Below are positions 10,424-20,643 of a DNA stretch of 64,000 nt, one piece after another. The DNA is taken from the NCBI GenBank assembly GCA_026399435.1, contig JAPLQX010000012.1:13499-77498 (forward strand), read 5' to 3'. The DNA comes from Rhodocyclales bacterium (GTDB taxonomy: Bacteria; Pseudomonadota; Gammaproteobacteria; Burkholderiales; Rhodocyclaceae). The notes beneath the pieces were generated by a model, which worked only from the letters and a program-made list of their open reading frames with translations, ran no database searches and was not told the origin of the DNA. Each line of letters opens with the position of its first letter. Within the stretch, counting starts at the first letter, position 1. Both the position numbers and the translations under genes were made by a program.

Positions 10424-13252
10424 TTATTCCTTGATGCCCAGCGCAGCGTTGACCACTTCCTTTTGCTGCTGGGCGTGTTTTGAGGCATAGCCGACGGCCG
10501 GGGACGGCGACGAGGGACGCGCCACCGCGTCGAGGATCTGGCCCTTCTTGATCAGCCGCTCCAGGCGATGATGCTTGGCGTACCAGGCGCCCTGGTTCAT
10601 TGGCTCTTCCTGGCACCAGATCAGTTCCTTGAGATTGGGATACTTCAGCATCTCTTCGTGCAGTCGGCGGTCGTCGAAGGGATACAACTGCTCGACGCGA
10701 ACCAGGACGACGTTGTCGATCTTCTTTTCCCGGCGCGCAGCGAGCAGGTCGAAATACACCTTGCCGGCGCAGGTGACCATGCGCGTCACCTTCTTCGCGT
10801 CGACCTTGTCGACTTCGCCGATGATGGTCTGGAAGGTGCCATTGGCCAATTCGTCGAGCGAACTCGTGGCGTCCTTGTGGCGCAGCAGCGACTTCGGCGT
10901 CATGACGATCAGCGGCTTGCGCTGCTTGCGCAGCATCTGCCGGCGCAGCATGTGATAGACCTGTGCCGCGTTGGAGGGCACGCAAACTTCCCAGTTGAAA
11001 TCGGCCGAAAGCTGCATGTAGCGTTCGAGGCGGGCCGAGGAATGCTCCGGACCCTGGCCTTCGTAGCCGTGCGGCAGCAGCATCACGAGGCCGCAGCCGC
11101 GACCCCACTTGGCTTCGCCGGAGGACAGGAACTGGTCGATGACCACCTGCGCGCCGTTGGCGAAATCGCCGAATTGCGCTTCCCAGACCACCAGCTCGTT
11201 GGGTGCGGCGGTGGCGAAGCCGTATTCGAAGGCGAGCACGGCTTCCTCGGACAGCACCGAATCGAAGCACATGAAGCGGCCCTGGTTCTCCTGGATGTTC
11301 TGCAGCGGCCAGTAGGTGCCCTCGTCCCACTTCTCGCGATTCTGGTCGTGCAGGGCGGCATGGCGATGGAAGAAGGTGCCGCGCCCGACGTCCTCGCCGG
11401 AGACGCGGATATTGAACCCGGCAGCCACCAGCGAAGCGTAGGCCAGGTTTTCGCCCATGCCCCAGTCCACCGGCGCCTTGCCCTCGCCCATCAGCTTGCG
11501 GTCGTCGATGATCTTCTGCACGCGGGAGTGCAGGGTGAAATTGGGCGGGATCGTGGTGAGCCGCTTGGCCAGGCGCTGCATTTCGGTCATCGATACCGTG
11601 GTGTCGCACTTCTCGGAGTAGGGAACTCCGATGTAGGGCGTCCAGTCGATGGAGAACTTGCTCTGGTAGTCGCTGATCACCGGGTCGATCAGGTGCCGCC
11701 CCTCGTCCAGCGCCGCGCGATAATCCTTGATCATCTGCTCGGCATCACCCTCCACGATCACGCCCTGCGCCGCCAGCTTGTCGGCATACAGCCGGCGGGT
11801 GCCGGGATGCTGGGCGATCTTCTTGTACATCAGCGGCTGCGTCACCATCGGCTCGTCCTGCTCGTTGTGGCCGAGCTTGCGGAAGCAGACGATGTCGATC
11901 ACGACATCCTTCTTGAACTCCTGGCGATATTCCATGGCGATCTGGGTCACCAGTGCCACCGCCTCGGGATCGTCGCCATTGACATGAAAAATCGGCGCTT
12001 CGATCATTTTGAAGATGTCGGTGCAATAAAGAGAGGAGCGGTAATCGCGCAGATCGGATGTGGTGAAGCCAATCTGGTTATTCACCACGATATGCACCGT
12101 GCCACCCGTGCCATAGCCGCGCGTATTGGAGAAATTCAGCATCTCCTGATTGACACCCTGCCCCGCCACCGCTGCATCGCCGTGGATCAGAACCGGCAGC
12201 GCCTGCTTCTTGCCCTCGGCGCCGCGGCGCACCTGGCGGGCATAGACGGACCCCACGACGACCGGGTTGACGATCTCCAGATGCGAGGGGTTGAATGCCA
12301 GTGTCAGATGCACGGGGCCGCCCGGCGTGCCGACGTCGGAGGAGTAGCCCATGTGATATTTGACGTCACCCGCCGAAAGTACCTGCTTCTTCTTGCCCTC
12401 GAACTCGTCGAACAGCATTGACGGTTGCTTGCCCAGCGTGTTCACCAGGACATTGAGGCGGCCACGGTGGGCCATGCCGATGACCATTTCCTGAACGCCG
12501 ACCATGCCGGCGGTGCGGACCAGCTGGTCCATCGCCAGAATCAGTGCTTCGCCGCCTTCCAGCGAGAAGCGCTTCTGGCCGACGTACCTGGTGTGCAGAT
12601 AGCGCTCAAGTGTTTCGGCATGGGTCAGCTGAACCAGGAAGCGCTTTTTATCCTCTGCCGTGTAGGCCGGCGTCGAGCGAACGGGTTCGAGCTTGCTCTG
12701 CAACCAGCGTTTCTGCCCTACATCCGACAGGTACATGAATTCGGCGCCAATCGTGCCGCAGTAGGTCTGGCGCACGGCTTCAAGAATCTCGCGCAGGGTG
12801 GCCGATTCTGCCAGCGCTGCGAATGAACCGGTCTGGAACACCTGGCCGAGGTCGGCCTCGGTAAAACCGTAGTGGGACGGTTCCAGTTCCGGGATCGAAG
12901 GCCGCTCGCTGCGCTTCAGGGGATCGAGCTGCGCCCAGCGGTTGCCGAGGAAGCGGTAGGCGTTGATCATCTGCAGCACCTTGACCTGCTTGCCGTCGGA
13001 ACTTGCGGCGCGGGACGAGGCCTGCAGCGTGCCCTCTTTCGCACGCTGGGCGAAGGAGGTGATGATCGGATAGTGAGCGACGTCCGGCCCCGTATAGTTG
13101 CCGGCACCCGGCAGGGTCGCGAGCTTGTCGAAATAGTCGCGCCAGGCCGGCTCGACCGAGGCCGGGTTGGCGAGGTACGCGTCATACAGTGCTTCAATGT
13201 AGGGCGTGTTCGAGCCGAACAGATACGAGTTGGCCAGCATCTGCTTCATCAT
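10424..13252 (-). CDS. sucA: 2-oxoglutarate dehydrogenase E1
   Basis: KRFSLEG, GMAHRGRLN, HGDAA..GQG TPP motif, HGYEGQGPEHSSAR; start at MMKQML. Confidence 0.97.
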   Translation of the reverse strand: MMKQMLANSYLFGSNTPYIEALYDAYLANPASVEPAWRDYFDKLATLPGAGNYTGPDVAHYPIITSFAQRAKEGTLQASSRAASSDGKQVKVLQMINAYRFLGNRWAQLDPLKRSERPSIPELEPSHYGFTEADLGQVFQTGSFAALAESATLREILEAVRQTYCGTIGAEFMYLSDVGQKRWLQSKLEPVRSTPAYTAEDKKRFLVQLTHAETLERYLHTRYVGQKRFSLEGGEALILAMDQLVRTAGMVGVQEMVIGMAHRGRLNVLVNTLGKQPSMLFDEFEGKKKQVLSAGDVKYHMGYSSDVGTPGGPVHLTLAFNPSHLEIVNPVVVGSVYARQVRRGAEGKKQALPVLIHGDAAVAGQGVNQEMLNFSNTRGYGTGGTVHIVVNNQIGFTTSDLRDYRSSLYCTDIFKMIEAPIFHVNGDDPEAVALVTQIAMEYRQEFKKDVVIDIVCFRKLGHNEQDEPMVTQPLMYKKIAQHPGTRRLYADKLAAQGVIVEGDAEQMIKDYRAALDEGRHLIDPVISDYQSKFSIDWTPYIGVPYSEKCDTTVSMTEMQRLAKRLTTIPPNFTLHSRVQKIIDDRKLMGEGKAPVDWGMGENLAYASLVAAGFNIRVSGEDVGRGTFFHRHAALHDQNREKWDEGTYWPLQNIQENQGRFMCFDSVLSEEAVLAFEYGFATAAPNELVVWEAQFGDFANGAQVVIDQFLSSGEAKWGRGCGLVMLLPHGYEGQGPEHSSARLERYMQLSADFNWEVCVPSNAAQVYHMLRRQMLRKQRKPLIVMTPKSLLRHKDATSSLDELANGTFQTIIGEVDKVDAKKVTRMVTCAGKVYFDLLAARREKKIDNVVLVRVEQLYPFDDRRLHEEMLKYPNLKELIWCQEEPMNQGAWYAKHHRLERLIKKGQILDAVARPSSPSPAVGYASKHAQQQKEVVNAALGIKE

Positions 13253-13284
13253 TGCATCACCTGATCCTGAATGAGACAAACGAA

Positions 13285-13305
13285 GAGGGGCGGACGCCGC
13301 CCCTC
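13285..13305 (-). terminator. Terminator-like hairpin between gltA and sucA
   Basis: 9-bp stem gaggggcgg/ccgcccctc followed on the minus strand by ttcgtttgt. Confidence 0.6.
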
Positions 13306-13313
13306 CCAAGAAC

Positions 13314-14606
13314 TCAGCGCTGACCCAGCGCAGTGACGTCGCGGCGGGCGGCACCGATATAGAGCTGGCGCGGACGACCGATCTTGTATTCCGGATCGGT
13401 AATCATCTCCTCCCACTGCGTCATCCAGCCGACGGTGCGGGCCAGGGCGAAGATGCAGGTGAACATCGAGGTTGGGATGCCCAGCGCCTTTTGTACGATG
13501 CCGGAGTAGAAGTCGACGTTCGGGTAGAGCTTCTTCTCGACAAAGTAGGCATCCTCAAGCGCAATCTTTTCCAGTTCCTTGGCCAGTTTGAACAGACGAT
13601 CGTTTTCCAGACCCAGCTCGCTCAAGACGTCGGCGCAGACCTTGCTCATCAGCTTGGCGCGTGGATCGAAGTTCTTGTAAACCCTATGCCCGAAGCCCAT
13701 CAGCTTGAAGCTGTCGTTCTGGTCCTTGGCGCGCTTGATGTACTCGCCGACCCGCGATACATCGCCGATTTCCTCGAGCATTTCGAGGCAGGCTTCGTTG
13801 GCGCCACCGTGCGCCGGCCCCCACAGGCAGGCAATGCCGGCGGACATGCAGGCGAAGGGGTTGGCGCCAGACGATCCGGCCAGACGCACGGTCGAGGTCG
13901 ACGCGTTTTGCTCGTGATCGGCATGCAAGGTGAAGATGGTATCCAGCGCATGGGTCAGCACCGGATTCGGCTTGTATTCCGCGCAGGGCGTGCCGAACAT
14001 CATGTGCATGAAGTTGGCCGTGTAGTCCAGGTCGTTGCGCGGATACATGAAGGGCTGGCCGGTGTTGTACTTGTAAGCCATGGCGACGATGGTCGGCAGT
14101 TTTGCGACCAGACGGATGAACGAGACATTGCGCTCGGCAGGATCGGTGAAGTCGACCGCATCGTGGTAGAAGGCGGCCAGGGCGCCGACGACGCCGACCA
14201 TCACCGCCATCGGGTGCGCATCGCGACGGAAGCCCTGGTAGAACTTCACCAGTTGCTCATGGACCATCGTATGGTTCTTGATGGTGCTCTCAAAATCGGT
14301 CTTCTGCGTCTGATTCGGCAACTCGCCATTCTTCAACAGATAGGCGACCTCAAGGAAGTTGCATTTCTCCGCCAATTGCTCGATCGGATAGCCGCGATAC
14401 AGCAGCTCTCCCTTGTCGCCATCGATGAAGGTTACCTTCGACTGACAGCTAGCCGTCGAAAGAAAACCGGAGTCATAAGTAAACAATCCGGTCTTGGCGC
14501 CAAGCGTGCGGATATCGATGACATCGTTGCCGTGAACGCCCCCCATCACGGGAAACTCGAAGCTCTTGCCATCTATGGTCAGGGTTGCTGTGCGATTCGT
14601 GCTCAT
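13314..14606 (-). CDS. gltA: Citrate synthase (type II)
   Basis: [35 protein letters not shown]. Confidence 0.97.
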   Translation of the reverse strand: MSTNRTATLTIDGKSFEFPVMGGVHGNDVIDIRTLGAKTGLFTYDSGFLSTASCQSKVTFIDGDKGELLYRGYPIEQLAEKCNFLEVAYLLKNGELPNQTQKTDFESTIKNHTMVHEQLVKFYQGFRRDAHPMAVMVGVVGALAAFYHDAVDFTDPAERNVSFIRLVAKLPTIVAMAYKYNTGQPFMYPRNDLDYTANFMHMMFGTPCAEYKPNPVLTHALDTIFTLHADHEQNASTSTVRLAGSSGANPFACMSAGIACLWGPAHGGANEACLEMLEEIGDVSRVGEYIKRAKDQNDSFKLMGFGHRVYKNFDPRAKLMSKVCADVLSELGLENDRLFKLAKELEKIALEDAYFVEKKLYPNVDFYSGIVQKALGIPTSMFTCIFALARTVGWMTQWEEMITDPEYKIGRPRQLYIGAARRDVTALGQR

Positions 14607-14643
14607 GGTCAGATCCTCTTTCAGGTCCGTTGGAATGCCGCTG

Positions 14644-14913
14644 CTACTCAAAATTGGCTATCGGTGAAACTTCCCGCAGCCGCTCAATCATTCTCGCCTG
14701 TTGCGGATCGTCGGTGACTTCCCTGCCGCTCACCAACGCCCAAAGGTCATGGTCTTGCATTTCCAGCAGGCTTTCCAGCGCTGCTTCGCCTTGCGCATCG
14801 AGATCGTCTTCATGGCGCTCCCAGAAGCGATCGAAAACCAGATCCAGTTCCAGCAGGGCGCGCCGGCAATGCCATTTCAGCCGGTTGATGCGCGCCTTGC
14901 GGTCCTCTTCCAT
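14644..14913 (-). CDS. sdhE: FAD assembly factor SdhE
   Basis: [14 protein letters not shown] motif and position directly after sdhB. Confidence 0.9.
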   Translation of the reverse strand: MEEDRKARINRLKWHCRRALLELDLVFDRFWERHEDDLDAQGEAALESLLEMQDHDLWALVSGREVTDDPQQARMIERLREVSPIANFE

Positions 14914-14920
14914 TATTCGC

Positions 14921-15643
14921 TCATACCGCCCGACGAACCATCATTTCCTTGATCTTGCCGATCGCCTTGGTCGGGTTGAGTCCCTTGGGACACACGTCGA
15001 CGCAGTTCATGATGGTGTGGCAGCGGAACAGGCGATAGGGATCTTCAAGGTTGTCGAGTCGTTCGCTGGTGGCCTGGTCCCGGGTATCGGCGATGAAGCG
15101 ATACGCGGCAAGCAGGCCTGCCGGGCCGACGAACTTGTCCGGATTCCACCAGAATGACGGACACGCGGTGGAGCAGCAGGCACACAGAATGCACTCGTAC
15201 AGCCCGTTCAGTTCCTCACGGTCTTCCGGTGACTGCAGGCGCTCGCGCTCGGGCGGCGGATCGTTGTTGATCAGGTAGGGCTTGATCGAGTTGTATTGTT
15301 TGAAGAACTGCGTCATATCGACGATCAGATCGCGAATCACCGGCAGTCCGGGCAGCGGACGCAGGATGATCGGCTTGCCTTCCGGAAAGCTGTCCATCGC
15401 CGTCAGACAAGCCAGTCCGTTCTTGCCGTTGATGTTCATCGCATCGGAACCGCAGACGCCTTCGCGGCAGGAGCGGCGGAAGGAGATGGAATCATCCTTG
15501 GCCTTCAGCTTGACCATGGCGTCCAGCAACTTGCGATCGGTCGAATCGATCTCGACCGAGATGTCCTGCATGTAGGGCTTGGCGTCCTGATCAGGATCGT
15601 AGCGATAGATCTTGAATTGGACGGTACGTGTGGCATTCGTCAT
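14921..15643 (-). CDS. sdhB: Succinate dehydrogenase iron-sulfur subunit
   Basis: SCREGVCGSD, ECILCACCSTACP, CHTIMNCVDVCP. Confidence 0.97.
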   Translation of the reverse strand: MTNATRTVQFKIYRYDPDQDAKPYMQDISVEIDSTDRKLLDAMVKLKAKDDSISFRRSCREGVCGSDAMNINGKNGLACLTAMDSFPEGKPIILRPLPGLPVIRDLIVDMTQFFKQYNSIKPYLINNDPPPERERLQSPEDREELNGLYECILCACCSTACPSFWWNPDKFVGPAGLLAAYRFIADTRDQATSERLDNLEDPYRLFRCHTIMNCVDVCPKGLNPTKAIGKIKEMMVRRAV

Positions 15644-15656
15644 CGTCTATTCCTTG

Positions 15657-17444
15657 TCAGTAGGCGCGCTTCTTCAGCTCGATGGTATCGACACTGAGCG
15701 GGGTCAGTTTTACCGACTTGTAGTCGAGGCGGTTCCCTTCCTTGTACCAGAGCGTATGTTTGAGCCAATTCTTGTCGTCCCGTCCATCCGGCATCTCCGG
15801 CGTATCCGGCGCGTCGTCGCGAACATGGGCGCCGCGCGACTCGGTGCGGGCATTGGCTGAAACGATCGTGGCTTTGGCTACCTCGATCAGATTATCGAGT
15901 TCAAGCGCCTCGATGCGCGCCGTGTTGAATACCTTCGATTTGTCCTTGATTTGGGTCTGGGCTACCTGCTGAGCGATCTCGCTGATGCGTTCGACGCCCG
16001 CGGCAAGCATGTCCTTGAAGCGAAACACGCCGGCATGTTTCTGCATGGTGCGCTGCATGGCCAGACGTGTTTCATGCACGTCGGCACCGTCTTTCTGATG
16101 ATTGAGGCGATCGAGCCGCGCCAGGGTCTTGTCGATGGCCTCCTGCGGCAAGGGCTTGTGCGCACTGACGTCGCCGCGAAGGTCGTTCACCGCAGTTTCA
16201 CCGGCAGACTTGCCGAACACCAGCAGATCGAGCAGCGAGTTGGTGCCCAGGCGATTGGCGCCATGGACTGAAGCGCAGGCGCACTCGCCGGCCGCGTAGA
16301 AGCCCCGGACTACCATGCTCTTGCTGTTGCCGCCGGGCACTACGACCTGACCGTGGTAGTTGGTCGGAATGCCGCCCATCTGGTAATGACAAGTCGGTAC
16401 CACCGGCAAGGGCTCCCTGAGGCAGTCGACGCCGGCGAACTGGATGCCGATCTCGTGGATGCCGGGCAGGCGCTTCATGATGGTCTCGGGTGGCAGATGC
16501 GTGATGTCGAGCAGCACGTAATCCTTGTTCGGTCCGCAGCCGCGGCCTTCGTTGATCTCGGTGGTCATCGCGCGCGACACCACATCGCGCGAGGCCAGAT
16601 CCTTGGCGTTCGGTGCGTAGCGCTCCATGAAGCGCTCGCCGGCCGAGTTGCGCAGGATGCCGCCTTCGCCGCGCACACCTTCGGTAATCAGCACGCCGGC
16701 GCCGGCGACGCCGGTCGGGTGGAACTGCCAGAATTCCATGTCTTCCAGCGGAATGCCCGCACGCGCCGCCATGCCGAGGCCGTCACCGGTATTGATGAAG
16801 GCGTTGGTCGATGAATAATAGATTCGGCCCGATCCGCCGGTGGCGAAGATCGTCGCCTTGGCGTGGAATACCACTATCTCGCCGGTCTCCATGTCCATCG
16901 CGGTCACGCCGAGCACATCGCCCTCGGCATCACGCACCAGGTCCAGTGCCTGCCATTCGACGAAGAACTGTGTGTTGACCTTGAGGTTGCGCTGGTACAT
17001 CGCATGCAGCATGGCGTGGCCGGTGCGGTCAGCCGCGGCGCAGGAACGGCGCACCGGCTTTTCGCCGAAGTTCGACATGTGGCCGCCGAAGGGCCGCTGG
17101 TAGATCTTGCCGTTGTCGAGGCGGTCGAAGGGCATGCCGTAATGCTCGAGCTCGACCACCACTTCGTTCGCCTTGCGGCACATGAACTCGATCGCGTCCT
17201 GATCGCCGAGCCAGTCGGAACCCTTGACTGTGTCATACATGTGCCAGTGCCAGTTGTCTTCCTCGGAATTGCCCAGACTCGCAGCCACCCCCCCCTGCGC
17301 AGCGACCGTATGCGAGCGCGTGGGAAAAACCTTGGTCAGGACCGCGGTCTTGTAGCCGGCCTCCGACAATTGAATCGCGGCGCGCAGACCGGCACCGCCG
17401 GCACCGACGATAACCGCATCGAATTTGCGAACGGTGTAATTCAT
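15657..17444 (-). CDS. sdhA: Succinate dehydrogenase flavoprotein
   Basis: GAGGAG, RSHTVAAQGG, HGANRLG; start at MNYTVRKFD. Confidence 0.97.
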   Translation of the reverse strand: MNYTVRKFDAVIVGAGGAGLRAAIQLSEAGYKTAVLTKVFPTRSHTVAAQGGVAASLGNSEEDNWHWHMYDTVKGSDWLGDQDAIEFMCRKANEVVVELEHYGMPFDRLDNGKIYQRPFGGHMSNFGEKPVRRSCAAADRTGHAMLHAMYQRNLKVNTQFFVEWQALDLVRDAEGDVLGVTAMDMETGEIVVFHAKATIFATGGSGRIYYSSTNAFINTGDGLGMAARAGIPLEDMEFWQFHPTGVAGAGVLITEGVRGEGGILRNSAGERFMERYAPNAKDLASRDVVSRAMTTEINEGRGCGPNKDYVLLDITHLPPETIMKRLPGIHEIGIQFAGVDCLREPLPVVPTCHYQMGGIPTNYHGQVVVPGGNSKSMVVRGFYAAGECACASVHGANRLGTNSLLDLLVFGKSAGETAVNDLRGDVSAHKPLPQEAIDKTLARLDRLNHQKDGADVHETRLAMQRTMQKHAGVFRFKDMLAAGVERISEIAQQVAQTQIKDKSKVFNTARIEALELDNLIEVAKATIVSANARTESRGAHVRDDAPDTPEMPDGRDDKNWLKHTLWYKEGNRLDYKSVKLTPLSVDTIELKKRAY

Positions 17445-17551
17445 GATTGCCTTCCGCAGGGCCGTCCCAAGGAAGGCCGACAAGAATTTATGGAGCGAAG
17501 CGAACCGTTATCACCCCTTTTCCTGGAAAAGGGGCTGGGGAAAAAGTCGTC
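17445..17551. repeat. Intergenic palindromic element, family B copy 2 (sdhD-sdhA)
   Basis: Homologous to 10304-10416 with compensatory stem changes. Confidence 0.8.
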
Positions 17552-17553
17552 CA

Positions 17554-17898
17554 TCACAGCCTCCAGATGATCTGCACGGCCCAGCCGGCATAGCCGATCA
17601 GGGCGAGCAGCGTCAATACATGCAGAATCACGCGGACTGCCGCGGAATTGAGGTAGTCCATCCAGATGTCCCTGACGCCGACCCAGGCGTGATAGCAGAG
17701 GCTGACGATGAACAGGAAGCTGATGTAGCGGATGAAGCCATTCGCCATGAAGGAATGCCAAGCCTCGCGCGACGCGGCTGCGCCGCCCAGCGCCGCGGCG
17801 AAGATGATCAAGGTGTACACGGCCATGACGATGGCGGTGACGCGCTGCGCCAGCCAGTCCATGAGGCCGTAATGAGCACCAACAACGAGACGATTCAT
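17554..17898 (-). CDS. sdhD: Succinate dehydrogenase membrane anchor
   Basis: GAHYGL.DWLAQRVTA, HAWVGVRDIWMDY. Confidence 0.95.
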   Translation of the reverse strand: MNRLVVGAHYGLMDWLAQRVTAIVMAVYTLIIFAAALGGAAASREAWHSFMANGFIRYISFLFIVSLCYHAWVGVRDIWMDYLNSAAVRVILHVLTLLALIGYAGWAVQIIWRL

Positions 17899-17899
17899 G

Positions 17900-18295
17900 T
17901 CAGTAGGCTCCGAGCAGTTTGAGGCCGAAGACAAGGGTCAGCGCCAGACTGACGACCATTACTGCCACCGCCGAGCTGTGCGCCTGCTGCTTCTCGACGC
18001 CGACGTGGATGTCGATCAGCAGGATGCGGATGCCCATGCAAAAGTGGTGCAGGAACGCCCAAAGCAGACCCAGCAGGATAAGTTTGACCAGCAGGTTGCC
18101 CGTCACCGCACTGAACATCGCGGCGCTCTCCTGGTTCGGACTAAGCGACAACTGCAACAGCCAGATCAGCAACGGCAGCATCAGGAACAGCCCCGCGCCG
18201 CTGACGCGGTGCAATATCGATGCGTATCCGGCCAGGGGCAGCCGGATTTGATGAAGCGCCAGGTGCTTCGGACGCTGTTTGGTCATCTCTGGCAT
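17900..18295 (-). CDS. sdhC: Succinate dehydrogenase cytochrome b556 subunit
   Basis: SILHRVSG, HHFCMGIR.LL.D; SD GGAGG. Confidence 0.95.
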   Translation of the reverse strand: MPEMTKQRPKHLALHQIRLPLAGYASILHRVSGAGLFLMLPLLIWLLQLSLSPNQESAAMFSAVTGNLLVKLILLGLLWAFLHHFCMGIRILLIDIHVGVEKQQAHSSAVAVMVVSLALTLVFGLKLLGAY

Positions 18296-18311
18296 ACGTG
18301 AAACCCTCCGA

Positions 18312-18439
18312 TTTTAGTTTCGGCCTAACGCCTGCTTTCGCAGGCATTGGCCTGCACTGAAACTTTTTGTTTTAGTTTCGGCATAACTCCCGCTGCCGCG
18401 GGCATTAGCCTTCACTGAAACTCCGCTACGCTCCGTTTT
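18312..18439 (-). repeat. Tandem 53-nt hairpin units (family D) in the sdhC leader
   Basis: Units 18312-18364 and 18370-18422; 18405-18439 matches 47635-47669 at 31/35. Confidence 0.8.
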
Positions 18440-18496
18440 GACGCGGTGCACTATAAGGCAATCTGTCTCAGGTGAAAACAAATTTTATACCCGCTT

Positions 18497-19270
18497 CTAG
18501 CCAAGCTCGTTGAAATAGCAATGATCGTTGGTCGCGTAAAGACCGCGGCGCCATTCCACCGGTTTGTCGCCGTAGGAAAAGCTGACGCGCTCGACCGATA
18601 GCAGCGGGCTGCCTTCCGCCACGTTCAACAATTCGGCGCTGGCCCGGTCCGCAGGTACCGCACGCAGGCGTTCTTCGGCACGAATCATGCGGATGTCGAA
18701 TCGATGTTCGAAAAAGCTGTAAAGAGAGCCCTGATAGTCGCGCAGCATTTCAAGCGTGACGGTGCCGAATATGCTGCCCGGCAGGTAGATTTCATCGACC
18801 ACCACGGGCTTGCCGGAAAACTGCAGCACGCGGCGTACGATGTTGATCGGATCGCCGATGTTCAGCTCGAGCATGCGCGCGACTTCGGGGCCGGCTTTGG
18901 CGCGCCAGCATTCGAGCGGGATGCTCTGGGACTGTTCAATGCCACCGGCCAGCGGGACCAGGCGCAAAAAGCGGAAAAATGCCCGTGGATCGTCGTGCGA
19001 TGCAACAAACGTCCCCTTCCCTTGGCGCCGCAGCAGTAGATTCTCCGCCGCCATCTCGTCAATCGCCTTGCGCACGGTTCCCTGGCTGACGTTGAAACGT
19101 GTCGCAAGTTCTAATTCGCTGGGAATGGCCTCGCCCGGACGCCACTCGCCGGATTCAAGTCGCTGCATCAGCAGGTTCTTGATCTGACGATACAAGGGAC
19201 TGAAAGTTGGCGAAACCGCCGCGGAGGAAGCCCCCTTTGGGGACACGGTAGAATCTGGCATGGGCAACAT
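18497..19270 (-). CDS. sdhR: GntR/HutC-family regulator of TCA genes (SdhR-like)
   Basis: wHTH PSELELA..VSQGTVRKA..RQGKGTFV plus UTRA domain; sits between mdh and sdhC as in other betaproteobacteria. Confidence 0.85.
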   Translation of the reverse strand: MLPMPDSTVSPKGASSAAVSPTFSPLYRQIKNLLMQRLESGEWRPGEAIPSELELATRFNVSQGTVRKAIDEMAAENLLLRRQGKGTFVASHDDPRAFFRFLRLVPLAGGIEQSQSIPLECWRAKAGPEVARMLELNIGDPINIVRRVLQFSGKPVVVDEIYLPGSIFGTVTLEMLRDYQGSLYSFFEHRFDIRMIRAEERLRAVPADRASAELLNVAEGSPLLSVERVSFSYGDKPVEWRRGLYATNDHCYFNELG

Positions 19271-19304
19271 TTGAACATATTTCTCTACGCTCGTCCACAG
19301 TATG

Positions 19305-19325
19305 TCTTATGTCTTATATAAGATA
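19305..19325. promoter_or_regulatory. Putative SdhR operator between divergent sdhR and mdh
   Basis: tcttatgtcttatataagata with perfect palindromic core TCTTATATAAGA (19312-19323); matches the betaproteobacterial SdhR motif as I recall it. Confidence 0.7.
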
Positions 19326-19485
19326 ACTGACAGATATTGACACAGCGCAGCACAGGAACTAAGATTTCGGTTCGCGATCCTGACGCATCGGTATTGGAGT
19401 TTCAGCGCTCTGGTGCACCTTTCAGTCAGCCAGCATTTATTGCAGCCTTGTCCAATCGATTCAAATTGATACAGGAGTTTTAGAA

Positions 19486-20475
19486 ATGGCAAAAGCCCCC
19501 GTTCGTGTTGCTGTGACCGGCGCAGCCGGGCAGATCGGTTACGCCCTTGTTTTTCGCATTGCTGCCGGCGAAATGCTGGGCAAGGATCAGCCAGTGATCC
19601 TGCAGATGCTGGAACTCCCGATGGAAAAGGCGCAGGCGGCCCTCAAGGGCGTCATGATGGAACTCGATGACTGCGCCTTTCCGACTCTGGCCGGCATGGT
19701 CGGCACCGACGACCCGAAAGTCGCGTTCAAGGACGCCGATTACGCGTTGCTGGTAGGTGCCAAGCCGCGCGGCCCGGGCATGGAGCGCAAAGATCTGCTA
19801 ATGGAAAACGCCAAGATCTTCATCGAGCAGGGCAAAGCACTGAACGACGTCGCCTCGCGCAATGTCAAAGTGCTTGTGGTTGGCAACCCTGCCAACACCA
19901 ATGCCTACATCGCCATGAAATCCGCGCCCAGTCTGCCGAAGAAGAACTTCACCGCCATGCTGCGCCTCGACCACAACCGCGCCGTTTCGCAGCTTGCCGC
20001 ACGCACCGGCAAGGCGGTTTCCGATGTCGAAAAGATGATCGTCTGGGGCAACCACTCGCCCACCATGTACCCGGATCTGCGCTTCTGCACCGTGGCCGGC
20101 GCTGCCGCCCCCGCCGTCGTCAATGACGAGGCCTGGTACAAGAACGAGTACATCCCGACCGTCGGCAAGCGTGGCGCCGCCATTATCGCCGCACGCGGCG
20201 CATCGTCTGCTGCTTCCGCTGCGAACGCTGCGATCGGCCACATGCGCGACTGGGCGCTGGGCACCCAAGGCAAGTGGGTCACCATGGGCGTTCCGTCCGA
20301 CGGCAGCTACGGCGTACCGCAAGACATCATCTACGGCGTGCCGGTCACCTGTGAAGGTGGCGAGTACAAACGTGTCGAAGGCCTCGCCGTCGACGCCTAT
20401 TCGCGCACCATGATGGACAAGACCCTGGCCGAACTGCAGGAAGAGCAAACCGGCGTCGCCAGCCTCCTCGGCTGA
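19486..20475 (+). CDS. mdh: Malate dehydrogenase
   Basis: [32 protein letters not shown]. Confidence 0.97.
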   Translation: MAKAPVRVAVTGAAGQIGYALVFRIAAGEMLGKDQPVILQMLELPMEKAQAALKGVMMELDDCAFPTLAGMVGTDDPKVAFKDADYALLVGAKPRGPGMERKDLLMENAKIFIEQGKALNDVASRNVKVLVVGNPANTNAYIAMKSAPSLPKKNFTAMLRLDHNRAVSQLAARTGKAVSDVEKMIVWGNHSPTMYPDLRFCTVAGAAAPAVVNDEAWYKNEYIPTVGKRGAAIIAARGASSAASAANAAIGHMRDWALGTQGKWVTMGVPSDGSYGVPQDIIYGVPVTCEGGEYKRVEGLAVDAYSRTMMDKTLAELQEEQTGVASLLG

Positions 20476-20519
20476 TGGCGGGCGACGGGATGAAGCGGAG
20501 CCGATCGGATCGGAGTCCA

Positions 20520-20640
20520 CGGTGATAAACGCGCGCAGCGCGCTGACCAGTACCCCCCCGCGAGGGGGGATGGGGGGCGGGCCAATAATTAGCCTTTCGC
20601 GCGTTTCACCTGCGGCCGTGTCGCTGTGCGCAATGAGCGT
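20520..20640 (+). repeat. Intergenic element, family C copy 1 (mdh-citE-like)
   Basis: Homologous to the reverse complement of 43686-43809 (ggtgata...cccc-gmga-gggg...ggggcgggcc...aattmgcctttcgcgygtttca...atgagcgt). Confidence 0.75.
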
Positions 20641-20643
20641 AAA

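Noticed and set aside
13253-13313. sucA RNA motif upstream of sucA
   Set aside because: The spacer is only 61 nt and I can see only a simple terminator-like hairpin; an Rfam search would be needed.
18312-18422. Hammerhead ribozyme or eukaryote-type iron-responsive element in the sdhC leader
   Set aside because: GCCGAAAC is present but the CUGANGA core is not. CAGUG lies in a bulge, not the apical loop an IRE requires.
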